Origin: a virus
Lineage: Duplodnaviria; Caudoviricetes
DNA: 36,978 nucleotides
IMG/VR virus record: IMGVR_UViG_3300005523_000005
Span: 1-36,978 of that record
Direction: 5' to 3' (one strand)
Part shown: in pieces, positions 21,801 through 29,705 of the stretch
Layout of the letters: each line of letters begins with the position of its first letter
Position numbering within the stretch: the stretch's first letter is position 1
Notes under the pieces: generated by a model
What the model was told of the DNA's origin: nothing
Database searches by the model: none
Seen by the model: only the letters and a program-made list of their open reading frames with translations
Position numbers and translations under genes: made by a program

Positions 21801-24800
21801 ACGGATTCAGTAATGGTGATTATGTTTTAATTGAAGATGATTCTCTAACTTATGCTTGTGCTTTAGGTGGTTCAGGTGTTCACACTTATGTTGGTGGTGT
21901 TGTAAGTAATGCAGTAACCTCAGGTGGTAACTATACACATACATTTGTATCTGCTGTAGCAAATGGAGTTACTTCTAACGTTGGTAACTTACCTAATCCA
22001 GTTACGTTAGTATCATATATTCCAGCTTCAGGTTTGATGGTTATTAGTTCTAATAATCATGGATTATCTACATCTAATACAATTCAGATTGCTAACAATG
22101 CATTATCATTCAGATGTGCAATGGATGGTAACAGTGAGATTAAGACATATCCTAGACCAAGTGATCCCGCATCTGGAGCGAATCTTACTATTAGCAGTGT
22201 AACTCAGAATACTTTTTCAGTAAACGTAGGTGCAACTACCAATGTTAATCATAACGTTTCTAATGCAACTTATGATCCTGCAACTGGTGAATTAGTACTA
22301 ACTATCGGTACTCATAGTCTTACTGCTGAGGAGACATTTACTGCTGCATCTGGTACAACATATAACCCAACATCGGGTATTATGAGTATCACATCTAACA
22401 ACCACGGTTTGGTTGTTGGTGATAAAGTTAAGTTAGAAGATGGTGCTGTAACATTCAGTTGTGCATATGGTGCTGGCACCCACAACTATGTTGGTAATGT
22501 TGTAGATGGTCTTGGTATTATCCTAGATCAGAATGGTATTCCATATGATGTTAGTGATGCTGATTATACTCCTACTACAGGTGCTTTACAGATAAGTCTT
22601 AAGAAGACTGATAACACTGCTCATGGTCTATCAACTTCTGATACAATTCAAATCAGAAATGAGTCATTAAAATTCACATGTACTGCAGATAATAATAATA
22701 CAACTCATGCATATCCACGTGAGACTGATCCATTTGCTGGAAAGCAAATTACTATTGACAGTGTAACCACTACTACAATCACTGTTAATGTTGGTGTTAG
22801 TTCTCCAGGAACTGCTTATCCTCGTTCTTCTGACCCTGTAAGTGGTGAGTGGATTGAAGTTCTTGCTGTTACTCAAAATACATTTAACATCCAAGTATTG
22901 GATTCTGCACCTTCTACTAACGAAGATGTACACACATTTGTAAGTGGTAAAGCAAATGCTATTAGAAAAGCAGGAACTGCAGTTAGACTTGCTCCTGATT
23001 CTCTAGCATTTACTTGTGACAAAGATAAGAATAATACAATTCATACTTATCCTCGTGCAACTGACCCTGCATACAACACATCATTAGATATTATTGCTGC
23101 AACTGGCACAACTATTACTCTTAATGTTGGTGTTGCAAGTGCTGGTAGTTCTTATCCACGTGCAGGATTTGATTATATCTCTGGTCGTTGGATTCCTATT
23201 TCAGGTGTAACTACAAACACATTTAAAATCAATACTGGAAACTCTTCCTATACTGGTGGACATTCGTTTGTAAGTGCTTCTGCTAATGCAATTCAAAGAC
23301 AGACTGGATGGATTACAGTTAACGTAGGTGTTGGAGGTGCCGCTTCTGGATCACTTCACTTCTTTAAGGGTGCATCACCTAACGCTATTAAGTTTGAACC
23401 TCGTGCTGCTCACACATTCGTTGGTGCATCTAGCAATGCTGTTAAGCATCTTCCACAAGCAGGACATACATTTGTAAGAACTAAGAACGAATCAATTAGT
23501 GTATATGGTGCAGGATCTGCACCTCTATGTGCTGGTGTAGAATCTACTATCTCTACTGAAATGGAGATTTTCGATGGTGTTCTTGAGTATGCTGCTAACC
23601 CTGAATCTTCTACTGCAATTGAACCTGGTTCAATTACTAAGAACTATGGAACTCTGTATGATGTTTCTGAACTTCGTACATATCCAGATAACTTCATCTA
23701 TGACCAGAACAATACACGAATGGCAATTCGTGGTTTCTATGATGATTATCCAATCATTGAAGCATCTCCATATACCCAGAACGCATCTGTTATCTCCTTC
23801 CTAGGTGGTGGCGGTGCTGAGGTTGATGGTGCTAAGGTCAAGCAACCTAACTGCCCATTCCCTGGATTAGAACTTGATGGTACTGCTACCTTCCCGAATC
23901 AGGGTAAATCGATGGTTGCATCTGCATTCACGATTGTGTCCTTTGGTGGTACAGGATATAAGATTATCAACGATGGTTATGTTCAGTTGGTGTCTGTGTT
24001 CGTTATCTTCTGTGCTGATGGTGTTCTTTCTGAGTCTGGTGGTTATGCATCTATCACTAACTCTGCTACTAACTTTGGTATCTACGCTCTACGTGCTAGT
24101 GGATATAGAGATGAACCATATGTATTTGACGTTGGTACAATTACAAACGTTTCTTCTACTCCTACTGGTAGAACCATCTTTACTGTTGGTGATCTTGGTA
24201 GAGAACCACTAGAACATTACGTTATTAAGATTGATGGTCACTATAATACCAACCCAGATATTGAATTCTTTGTTGATTCTGTTGGTGCTGTTACAGTTGG
24301 TCCTCCTTTCTCTGCACAGTTAACTATTGATAATGGTACTGGAGATCCAGTTGATGTAACTAACGTTGCTACTGGACAGCAGATCTCTCCTGGATCACTG
24401 ATTGGTGAAACAATTAATTTACACAGACCATCTATTGTTAACTCTTCTTCTCACACTTGGGAATTTGCTGGATCTGGTACTAACTACCTAGCACTACCTG
24501 AGAACGGTGGTACTAAGGTTGTTGCTAACGAGCAAGTATCTCAGAACTATGGTCGAGTTTACTGTTCAGGTACTGACGAACTTGGAGACTTCAAGGTTGG
24601 TACATTCGCACAGATTGAGAACAGAACTGGTGCTATTACCTTTACTGGTACTGTTACGATCTCTGAAGTTGAATTCTTGAAACTAAAAGGTGGAGACACT
24701 GTTGTTACTGGTTTCGACGCATCTAACACATTGGGTGGTGCTAACTCTAGTGACTCTAAACTACCTACTCAGAAGGCAGTTAGAGACTACATCACTAACA

Positions 24801-27800
24801 ACTTAGGACCTTACATCAACAAACCATACTCTACTAACGCTGTTCCTAGAGCACTGGTTGAATTGACTGACTCTGGTAAGATATCTGTTGACCAGATTCC
24901 AGCACTTAGACCTTTTGAAGTTTACACTGTTGCTAACCAAACAGAAAGACTTGCAATCGAAGGAGCACTTGCTGGTGACATCGCAATTGAACAAGATACC
25001 TCAACGTCATTCATTCTTAACAATGACCTAGACAGTCAGTTCCTATCATTTAGTGTTGATACTTCACTACAGTTTACTCTTGGTGATATCTTTACTGGTA
25101 GTGTATCTGGTGGTCGTTTACAAGCAACTGAATACAGACAAGGTGTTGTATATTCAATCACTATCAGTGATGGTGGTTCTGGTTATGCAACTCCTCCAAC
25201 TATTACTCTTACTGGTGGTAATCCTCAGTCTGGTTCAGTTGAAGCAAAAGCAGAATGTGTTATTGCAAACGGTGAGGTTGTTGCAATCGACATTATTGCA
25301 TTCAACGGATTTAAAGGTGGTAAAGGATATACCATTCCACCTACTGTAAATATCTCTGCTCCACAGGGTAGTGGTACTCAAGCATCAGGTAATGCATTAA
25401 TTGAGTCTAGACTATATGGTGATATTGTTAACAGAATTAAGATCGAAGATACTGATCAATTTGATTCTAGTGATGTTCCTTCAGTTACTATTGATGTTGA
25501 CAGAGCAGTCAACACCTCTTCTAGTGATGCTAACAACTGGGTGTCTCTATCATCCAACCAGATTGCTGCAACTGACATTGTATCTGGTGTTATTGAATCT
25601 GATAGATTAGCATCTGGTGGTGCTGCAAACTCCTTCACGTTCCTACGTGGTGACCAGAACTTCGCACTAGCGGTTCAGTCTATTAAGGGTGCTGAGAAGA
25701 GATACTTTGCTAAACTAACTCAGAACTTCAATAGTGGTTCTAGTGAGATGGTATTTTCCACTCTACCTGAAGCATTAGTTGGTCACGAGATTCTAAACAA
25801 CGTTGTTGGTATCCAACCTAACACCAATATTACTGGTGTTCTAACAACTGGTGGTTCTACAACTATTTCAGTTAACAACCCAGCAACTGCATCAATCTCT
25901 GCTGGTACTGTTATTGAATTTGAACGTGGTGAATCTCCAATCATCTTTGATTCTACTTACACCCAAGGTAACTTTGTTGATAGCATCGTTATTTCTAATG
26001 GTGGTACTGGATTCACTAATGGTCAATACTTTGACCTTGATCTTACTGGTGGTACTGGTACAGGACTCAAGTGTAACTTAGTTATTACTGGTGGTTCTAT
26101 TGTAGAACTAACTGTTACTGACGGTGGTACTGGATTTGATGCTGACTTTAATATCACTCAAGCACCAAACGAAATTGGTGCTGGTTCTGGTCTAGTTCTA
26201 CTTGCTAAGGTAAGTACTGTTAATAGACAGTATGCAAACGTTGCGGTTGACGTTCAGAGAGTTTCTGATCTTACTATTTCTTCTGACCTATATGGTACGA
26301 TTGGTGTTGCAAGATTTAAGAAGTCTCAGTTTACTATCGGTGTATCAGGTAACGGTTCTGTTGATCTAAACGTTGGTGCTGACTCTGGTCTTGATGCTGA
26401 CCTTCTAGACGGTGCTCAAGGTGCTTTCTATCTAAACTCTGGTAACCAGAATGCTGGTACTCTACCACAAGACAGATTGTCTGGTTCATATAACATTAGT
26501 GTTTCTGGTTCTGCAGGTAACTCACTAAGACTAGAAACTGGTACTAACAACCCAACTTCTAACCCATCTCCTGATAACTTCGTTGGTGGTGTTGTTTCTA
26601 ACACTGTTAATAATAGTTCTAACCAGTTAGATGATGGTGGTGCTAAGAACTTAGTACTGACTATTAGATCAGGTGGTACAAGTTTTGACGCTTCCTTCGG
26701 TGGTGTAAGACAACTTGCATTTACTGATAATGACAATATGTGGTTACGTGGTTCTGGAACTGGTGTTACCAGCTTCGGTTCATGGGCGTTAATGTGGAAC
26801 TCACTTAACGATGGTATTGGATCTGGCCTAGACGCTGACAAACTTGATAACAGACAAGGTACTTGGTATCAGAATGCTCTCAATATTAACTATGGAGTTC
26901 TATCTGATAATAGACTACCTGACTGGATTGATCAGACTGCATTTAAAGATAAGATCGAAGTAAGATCTTATAATGGTGATACTCGTTATAAGGTCTATAT
27001 CTCTGGATTGATTCTAAATGCTACACCATTTACACCAGGTAACACAGTTAACCTTTATAATGCTAATGGTCAGGGTACTGGTGTTATTGAGATTGATAAC
27101 ATTGTAATTAACAATGATACTCAAGACAATGCAAATGATTACACAATCATTATTGGTAGACTAACAACTGGTAACTTTGTTGGTGCTGAAACAATTGGTA
27201 CAGCATCAGATAGAAAAGAATTCCAAGACTTCACAATTGATATTGGTAACACAATTCCTGTTGCTACTCTTGAGAGTGATGGATCTACTGCAAACCTCAG
27301 ACTTGGTAGAAAAGATGGTATTGCTTCCTCACCAGGTATCTACTTCAGTTCTTCTGCACTAACTGCAAACTATAATGCTGCAATCGTGGCATCTGGTGGT
27401 ACTGCAACTGATGGTTCAGGTTCACTTAACGTTCAGGTAGAAAACGCAGATGCATTTACTGCAAATGGATCTGTTATCTGGAACGCAGGTAACATTGAAT
27501 TCCAGACATCAAATATTGCAGACACTGCAGTTAAGCGTGATGGCAGCGGTGGATTCTCTGCTGGAACTATCACCCTAGATGTTGCTGGTGGTGCTGAACT
27601 AATTGGTGCTGCTTCACTTAACGTTCTTAAGGAAGGAGACACAATGACTGGTGGTCTAACCATCGGTACTGGTTCTGCTGCTACACAGGGTCTATCAGTT
27701 TCTGGTGAAGTTGACTTCCTCAATACTGTAGATATTACTGGAGATCTAAATGTTGATAGTGGTACACTCTTTGTTGATGTATCAAATAACAACGTTGGTC

Positions 27801-28813
27801 TTAACACAGGAACAACTCTAGTTGCTGGTCTAACATTAGACATCCAAGGTGGAACAGTTGGTGCTCTACGTCTACAAGGACATGACACCCCAGACGACCA
27901 CTTCATGTATTTTGATGGTGGTAAGAGTGAATACTTCGATGATGCAAATCATGCGATGATGTTCTTGTCATCTGGAGCAACTGTAAGTACACATCCTGGC
28001 GAAGGAGCACACTGGATCTTTAACGGTAGAGCATCAAATAGAGACTTTATCTTCCGTACCAATAGTCAAAACGAATTAACTATCCAAGGTGATGGTGGTC
28101 TCCTTATCGAGAATAGTGGTACTAACAATGCAATTAGTGCAGATAATACTATCCAAACTGATGCAGTCTTTGTTTCTGGTGATGGTTCTGATAATGCTGG
28201 TGCTGGTTTAACATTACTTGGTGCAGCAGGATTCAGAAACTACAGAGTTGGTAGTAACTTTGTTGCTGATAACATGTTTGCTGTTGAATACACTAGTGCT
28301 AATGGTGGTAACTCCTTCGGTGGTGGAACTATTATCGCAGGTGAGTTTGATGGTACAAATGCAAGAGTCGGTATTAACACTACTACTTTCCAAGGTAATG
28401 ACCCTGAAGCAAATAACCAACTAAGGACATATATCCTGAACGTTGGTGGTGATATGAACATCAATGGTCAACTATTCCAGAACAACTCTGAATTCGTTAC
28501 TTCTAGATGGACAGAATCACCTAACGGCAATGATATCTACAGAGCATCTAAAGTTGGTATTGGTTTCACTAGTGATAAGGATCCTGGATTCCAATTGGAT
28601 GTTGAGGGAGACTTTAACGTTCAAGGTACTACTTATATTGGTGGAGTCAGACAGTATCAAGACTCACAGGGTATTATTAAAGCATTCAACGATACTATTC
28701 TATATGATGTTGATTTAGAACCAAACAGTAAGTCCTACTCAAATGGTCCTATCTACGTTGCCTCTGGTGTTGACATTGTATTTGGTAATAATGCAAGTTG
28801 GACTATCTTATAA
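15884..28813 (+). CDS. giant tail fibre / fibre-like virion protein
   Basis: 4309 aa. KIATTEYV fibre motif; pectin-lyase-like beta-helix start (YVSQQIGSDENDG..PVRTVKKA..VSGGDYVEDNP..VVGDNLR); two SGLDAD(L/K)LD fibre motifs; VGI(N/G) trimeric repeats; C-terminal NGPIYVASGVDIVFGNNASWTIL. Confidence 0.8.
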   Translation: MSFNINSDKEFIRGGAPKLVGDNELTIRGGTGSSEREILRTQLDEVTGLPRVGINRTGQRVNNITILTPGSGYSTAPSVTIGPPNVAGGIQALASAFIFNGQVVNIAINNPGSGYTVAPSVTITSEQGFGATAESALDTVDFELDINGAIRTSTSIISDTARILNLDIDNFITPDANFRAPYLKNFMNNTGIPWDGNVIIQENSYRYFGANVYQALNTGKTDPDDAPTHIDGVELNGEVQFRHIGFRVQDENSFAYNQTGDDGIFPRSVTPLLGDRSNKIATTEYVLNLATNDVGGRIYVSQQIGSDENDGRSAVNPVRTVKKAAQLAWTTPGVKETIIVSGGDYVEDNPISLPPDASVVGDNLRLVIIRPGNPGKHIFKFGDKNYVIGVTYRDKVDSIGDPVSTWDFAMVFDDKQRIIIDQDTNGDAGVNFPVGHQIFGPDQFRVRFQENTGLSNLQTGQEVIGLNTGSRANIIGVEFDQTVGVGSYLTGTLDVTLTSGSFLEGESFNYIVAGTAGSDLGLTVTETTGEMQLKLTDDPSSDIPPGTYVYLDDTDDIDFTTGFYEVKEIIDDDAPSYWLVNFVPILDSPTWDSTRTANIDLLSANIVVERIDTTSLKSIRAEGEVVEINEDIVSELPIARLDFSLQGDPSITQNGFQNEQFGNAEDIGGVIVYTNELVGRDNFHEFKEGQEIVIEGLPTNAPDLSALNGKQRIYKVLYDADGRARRFVIPKKYPGVTNANFDPGQNAIVKSYSKSVTLSLLNSPNTFPLSTPVERRYQDASQLLRNNRDFIADEVVGRINNEFSKDYYAAYDIGGTPTNQFTPSNADYDPISGLLTFTVTGHGLDIGDGIRVADDSIVFVCAMDGYRTEHSNPQIHHYSRGKSLPILSKTNDTFTVYVGKTKTNQEFTPSNAIYDPSTGIMELTVGTHGLAVGEGVVFEPNSLSFTCNMDGNSSVKTYPRVGIDPYAQRSVPLTAVTDTTISMNIGIPRDDVYFTPTDAVYTPSTGEMTITIGQHGLGVGRNIVINNNALTFTCTKDGNATQHTYPRSTDPASNKSLDITAVGHTTHTPTDAVYDAATGVIEITVSNHGFSNGDYVKLDDDALTYTCDLNGNIDNHSYPRAGMDKSSGRWFAINNKTQNTFEINVGTSSYTGNHTFVSAVADSLQRQTGTITVNVGASAPADQYPHTFVTGAAGSIKHLPRQTHTFAGATNGAVKHLPQSAHQFRRAATNALSTGGSDFKIYLGPTTDAHTYVSGGTVDFGGQQFNVTNFVYDHIAGFATVTTSAPVPNLAEDSVVKIADIVVSCPQGQKKYPAFNIRLGDDQCRQDVVHFINALVRDLEFGSNFNIIEGAEKYIVGAKIGFVENEIIQTVRAVEYTRQLAITCMRNWRTGNGTPNDPIYTPVFSSLPRYFDDTIITSTATNAQGVACDDVRAAIDTLSFLWVDVLANNSSGTYLDAAYLIARNKDAIAEQALADTENRYPTLSLSDVDQRKCRRDIRLVLGALIRDLVLGGNSGIVTNAELYYTGAALTGIDSGFLPQTRYAFERVEYYAKAAMRNWSSGDVVQTTPSFASYDSSNGNITVSFPDPTQSITTNDKIAFQEGGLTFTCDQDSDATEHAYPRESDPYYGKSIDIVAVSSNSGVTTVTCNVGIAGTAAGSTHSFVSAATNKTLIIYNPIEISTPIPIFEDWNILTDSSGSAAIAIHTPTNATYNPANGDFVVTVDNHGLTTSNTIRIAPESFTFTCAMDGNKTEHYLPGLGQQAYGNSLQITGTTQNTYTVNVGASGPDQQWTPSDATYNPTTGILELTLGEDHGLNPGVGIIIEPNSLTFTCDMDNNDSQKTYPRPGIDPFGSRSIPVSSVTETTVSVNIGIAPPNRYFTPVWANYTANTGQLDFYLGQHGLGVGRNIVIENDSLTFSCDQDGYATDHTYPRAGTDPQAGKSIAITAVEKSLHTPTDAPYDAATGEITFTVPDHGFSNGDYVLIEDDSLTYACALGGSGVHTYVGGVVSNAVTSGGNYTHTFVSAVANGVTSNVGNLPNPVTLVSYIPASGLMVISSNNHGLSTSNTIQIANNALSFRCAMDGNSEIKTYPRPSDPASGANLTISSVTQNTFSVNVGATTNVNHNVSNATYDPATGELVLTIGTHSLTAEETFTAASGTTYNPTSGIMSITSNNHGLVVGDKVKLEDGAVTFSCAYGAGTHNYVGNVVDGLGIILDQNGIPYDVSDADYTPTTGALQISLKKTDNTAHGLSTSDTIQIRNESLKFTCTADNNNTTHAYPRETDPFAGKQITIDSVTTTTITVNVGVSSPGTAYPRSSDPVSGEWIEVLAVTQNTFNIQVLDSAPSTNEDVHTFVSGKANAIRKAGTAVRLAPDSLAFTCDKDKNNTIHTYPRATDPAYNTSLDIIAATGTTITLNVGVASAGSSYPRAGFDYISGRWIPISGVTTNTFKINTGNSSYTGGHSFVSASANAIQRQTGWITVNVGVGGAASGSLHFFKGASPNAIKFEPRAAHTFVGASSNAVKHLPQAGHTFVRTKNESISVYGAGSAPLCAGVESTISTEMEIFDGVLEYAANPESSTAIEPGSITKNYGTLYDVSELRTYPDNFIYDQNNTRMAIRGFYDDYPIIEASPYTQNASVISFLGGGGAEVDGAKVKQPNCPFPGLELDGTATFPNQGKSMVASAFTIVSFGGTGYKIINDGYVQLVSVFVIFCADGVLSESGGYASITNSATNFGIYALRASGYRDEPYVFDVGTITNVSSTPTGRTIFTVGDLGREPLEHYVIKIDGHYNTNPDIEFFVDSVGAVTVGPPFSAQLTIDNGTGDPVDVTNVATGQQISPGSLIGETINLHRPSIVNSSSHTWEFAGSGTNYLALPENGGTKVVANEQVSQNYGRVYCSGTDELGDFKVGTFAQIENRTGAITFTGTVTISEVEFLKLKGGDTVVTGFDASNTLGGANSSDSKLPTQKAVRDYITNNLGPYINKPYSTNAVPRALVELTDSGKISVDQIPALRPFEVYTVANQTERLAIEGALAGDIAIEQDTSTSFILNNDLDSQFLSFSVDTSLQFTLGDIFTGSVSGGRLQATEYRQGVVYSITISDGGSGYATPPTITLTGGNPQSGSVEAKAECVIANGEVVAIDIIAFNGFKGGKGYTIPPTVNISAPQGSGTQASGNALIESRLYGDIVNRIKIEDTDQFDSSDVPSVTIDVDRAVNTSSSDANNWVSLSSNQIAATDIVSGVIESDRLASGGAANSFTFLRGDQNFALAVQSIKGAEKRYFAKLTQNFNSGSSEMVFSTLPEALVGHEILNNVVGIQPNTNITGVLTTGGSTTISVNNPATASISAGTVIEFERGESPIIFDSTYTQGNFVDSIVISNGGTGFTNGQYFDLDLTGGTGTGLKCNLVITGGSIVELTVTDGGTGFDADFNITQAPNEIGAGSGLVLLAKVSTVNRQYANVAVDVQRVSDLTISSDLYGTIGVARFKKSQFTIGVSGNGSVDLNVGADSGLDADLLDGAQGAFYLNSGNQNAGTLPQDRLSGSYNISVSGSAGNSLRLETGTNNPTSNPSPDNFVGGVVSNTVNNSSNQLDDGGAKNLVLTIRSGGTSFDASFGGVRQLAFTDNDNMWLRGSGTGVTSFGSWALMWNSLNDGIGSGLDADKLDNRQGTWYQNALNINYGVLSDNRLPDWIDQTAFKDKIEVRSYNGDTRYKVYISGLILNATPFTPGNTVNLYNANGQGTGVIEIDNIVINNDTQDNANDYTIIIGRLTTGNFVGAETIGTASDRKEFQDFTIDIGNTIPVATLESDGSTANLRLGRKDGIASSPGIYFSSSALTANYNAAIVASGGTATDGSGSLNVQVENADAFTANGSVIWNAGNIEFQTSNIADTAVKRDGSGGFSAGTITLDVAGGAELIGAASLNVLKEGDTMTGGLTIGTGSAATQGLSVSGEVDFLNTVDITGDLNVDSGTLFVDVSNNNVGLNTGTTLVAGLTLDIQGGTVGALRLQGHDTPDDHFMYFDGGKSEYFDDANHAMMFLSSGATVSTHPGEGAHWIFNGRASNRDFIFRTNSQNELTIQGDGGLLIENSGTNNAISADNTIQTDAVFVSGDGSDNAGAGLTLLGAAGFRNYRVGSNFVADNMFAVEYTSANGGNSFGGGTIIAGEFDGTNARVGINTTTFQGNDPEANNQLRTYILNVGGDMNINGQLFQNNSEFVTSRWTESPNGNDIYRASKVGIGFTSDKDPGFQLDVEGDFNVQGTTYIGGVRQYQDSQGIIKAFNDTILYDVDLEPNSKSYSNGPIYVASGVDIVFGNNASWTIL
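18338..23509 (+). repeat. array of about 14 His/Cys beta-domain repeats (TPxxAxYxPxTG..HGL..FTC..DGN..HxYPR..DP..TVNVG..HTFV) in the fibre
   Basis: Seen directly in the translation. Blocks at 18338-19591, ~20570-20900 and 20987-23509; the last begins with a diverged duplicate of the first (QHGLGVGRNIVI and HGFSNGDYV occur in both). Confidence 0.9.
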
Positions 28814-28816
28814 ATA
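28809..28816 (+). promoter_or_regulatory. late promoter TATAAATA
   Basis: Exact T4 late consensus overlapping the fibre stop codon. Confidence 0.75.
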
Positions 28817-28840
28817 CCGTTGAAGATCTAATATATTAAA

Positions 28841-29059
28841 ATGTCAGCAGGATCAGAACTTATTGTAGATCAGGTGAATATCACTGGAGGTTTAGTCATT
28901 GCAATGATGACCACAACAGAAAGAGATAATTATTTCAATTCACCAGATGTTACAGGTAAAGGTGCGTTAATTTATAACAAAACCACTGGTTACATGGAAT
29001 TTTATGATGGTGTTGAATGGACTCCTACGAAAGCAGGACAACAAGTAGATTTCAGTTAA
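28841..29059 (+). CDS. small fibre-associated hypothetical protein
   Basis: 72 aa; TTTERD...GALIYNKTTGYMEFYDGVEW is a common phage fibre module. Confidence 0.75.
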   Translation: MSAGSELIVDQVNITGGLVIAMMTTTERDNYFNSPDVTGKGALIYNKTTGYMEFYDGVEWTPTKAGQQVDFS

Positions 29060-29074
29060 TTCTAATAGACAACA

Positions 29075-29665
29075 ATGAACAAACTTATCGCTATTAAAGA
29101 TGTTGGTGCCAATACTTGGACGGTAACTAAGGAAGTTAGTGCTTCCAGAGATCTTCACGTGTCTTTTGGATTTACACGTGGAGGAGTAACTGAATTTGAT
29201 TTCAAGAAATTAAATTTTGGAATTAAAATTTTCAGAGCATCTGGTGAAAAGGAACAGTTGTTAAATTATAACTGGCCTATTTCAGAAGCACTCCGTCATA
29301 AAACAAACAAAGCTCCATATTTGGAAGAGTTTGATTTTGTATGGGACTGTGATGACTCATATAAAATTGTGATTACTGGTGGAGAAGAATTTAATCAGTC
29401 AACATCAGAAACTATGTTTGCTGTTCCTAAACCACCTAAACCATATCAATCATGGGTATGGGATGGAACTGACTGGATTGCTCCTGTAGGACCATATTCA
29501 CAAGATTCAGTACCACCTGAATTTCAACACTCTGGTTCGGCAAAAGATACATTCTCATGGGATGAATCTAAAAAAGCATGGCAACTAGATGTTGATGAAC
29601 CAGATCCAAGAGACGCACTCAATAGACCAGACAGAGTTATCGATCCAAGTAATTCTGTAGGTTGA
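29075..29665 (+). CDS. hypothetical protein, possible tail-fibre assembly chaperone
   Basis: 196 aa. C-terminal PKPYQSWVWDGTDWIAPV...FSWDESKKAW Pro/Trp motif is frequent in proteins next to cyanophage fibres. Function is inferred. Confidence 0.65.
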   Translation: MNKLIAIKDVGANTWTVTKEVSASRDLHVSFGFTRGGVTEFDFKKLNFGIKIFRASGEKEQLLNYNWPISEALRHKTNKAPYLEEFDFVWDCDDSYKIVITGGEEFNQSTSETMFAVPKPPKPYQSWVWDGTDWIAPVGPYSQDSVPPEFQHSGSAKDTFSWDESKKAWQLDVDEPDPRDALNRPDRVIDPSNSVG

Positions 29666-29671
29666 TAAATA
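29664..29671 (+). promoter_or_regulatory. late promoter GATAAATA
   Basis: NATAAATA overlapping the upstream stop codon, upstream of ATG 29706. Confidence 0.65.
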
Positions 29672-29705
29672 AAATTAACATCGTAATAGTATTTCAAGGA
29701 ATAGT

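Noticed and set aside
18338-23509. CRISPR array or DNA tandem repeat
   Set aside because: Repetition is at the protein level with diverged DNA; no identical direct repeats with spacers are present.
2173-28813. Inteins, group I introns or homing endonucleases in the giant ORFs
   Set aside because: No Hint-domain ends, LAGLIDADG or HNH motifs, and no frame breaks were seen. SGLDADLLDG is a fibre motif, and the insertions are folded structural modules.
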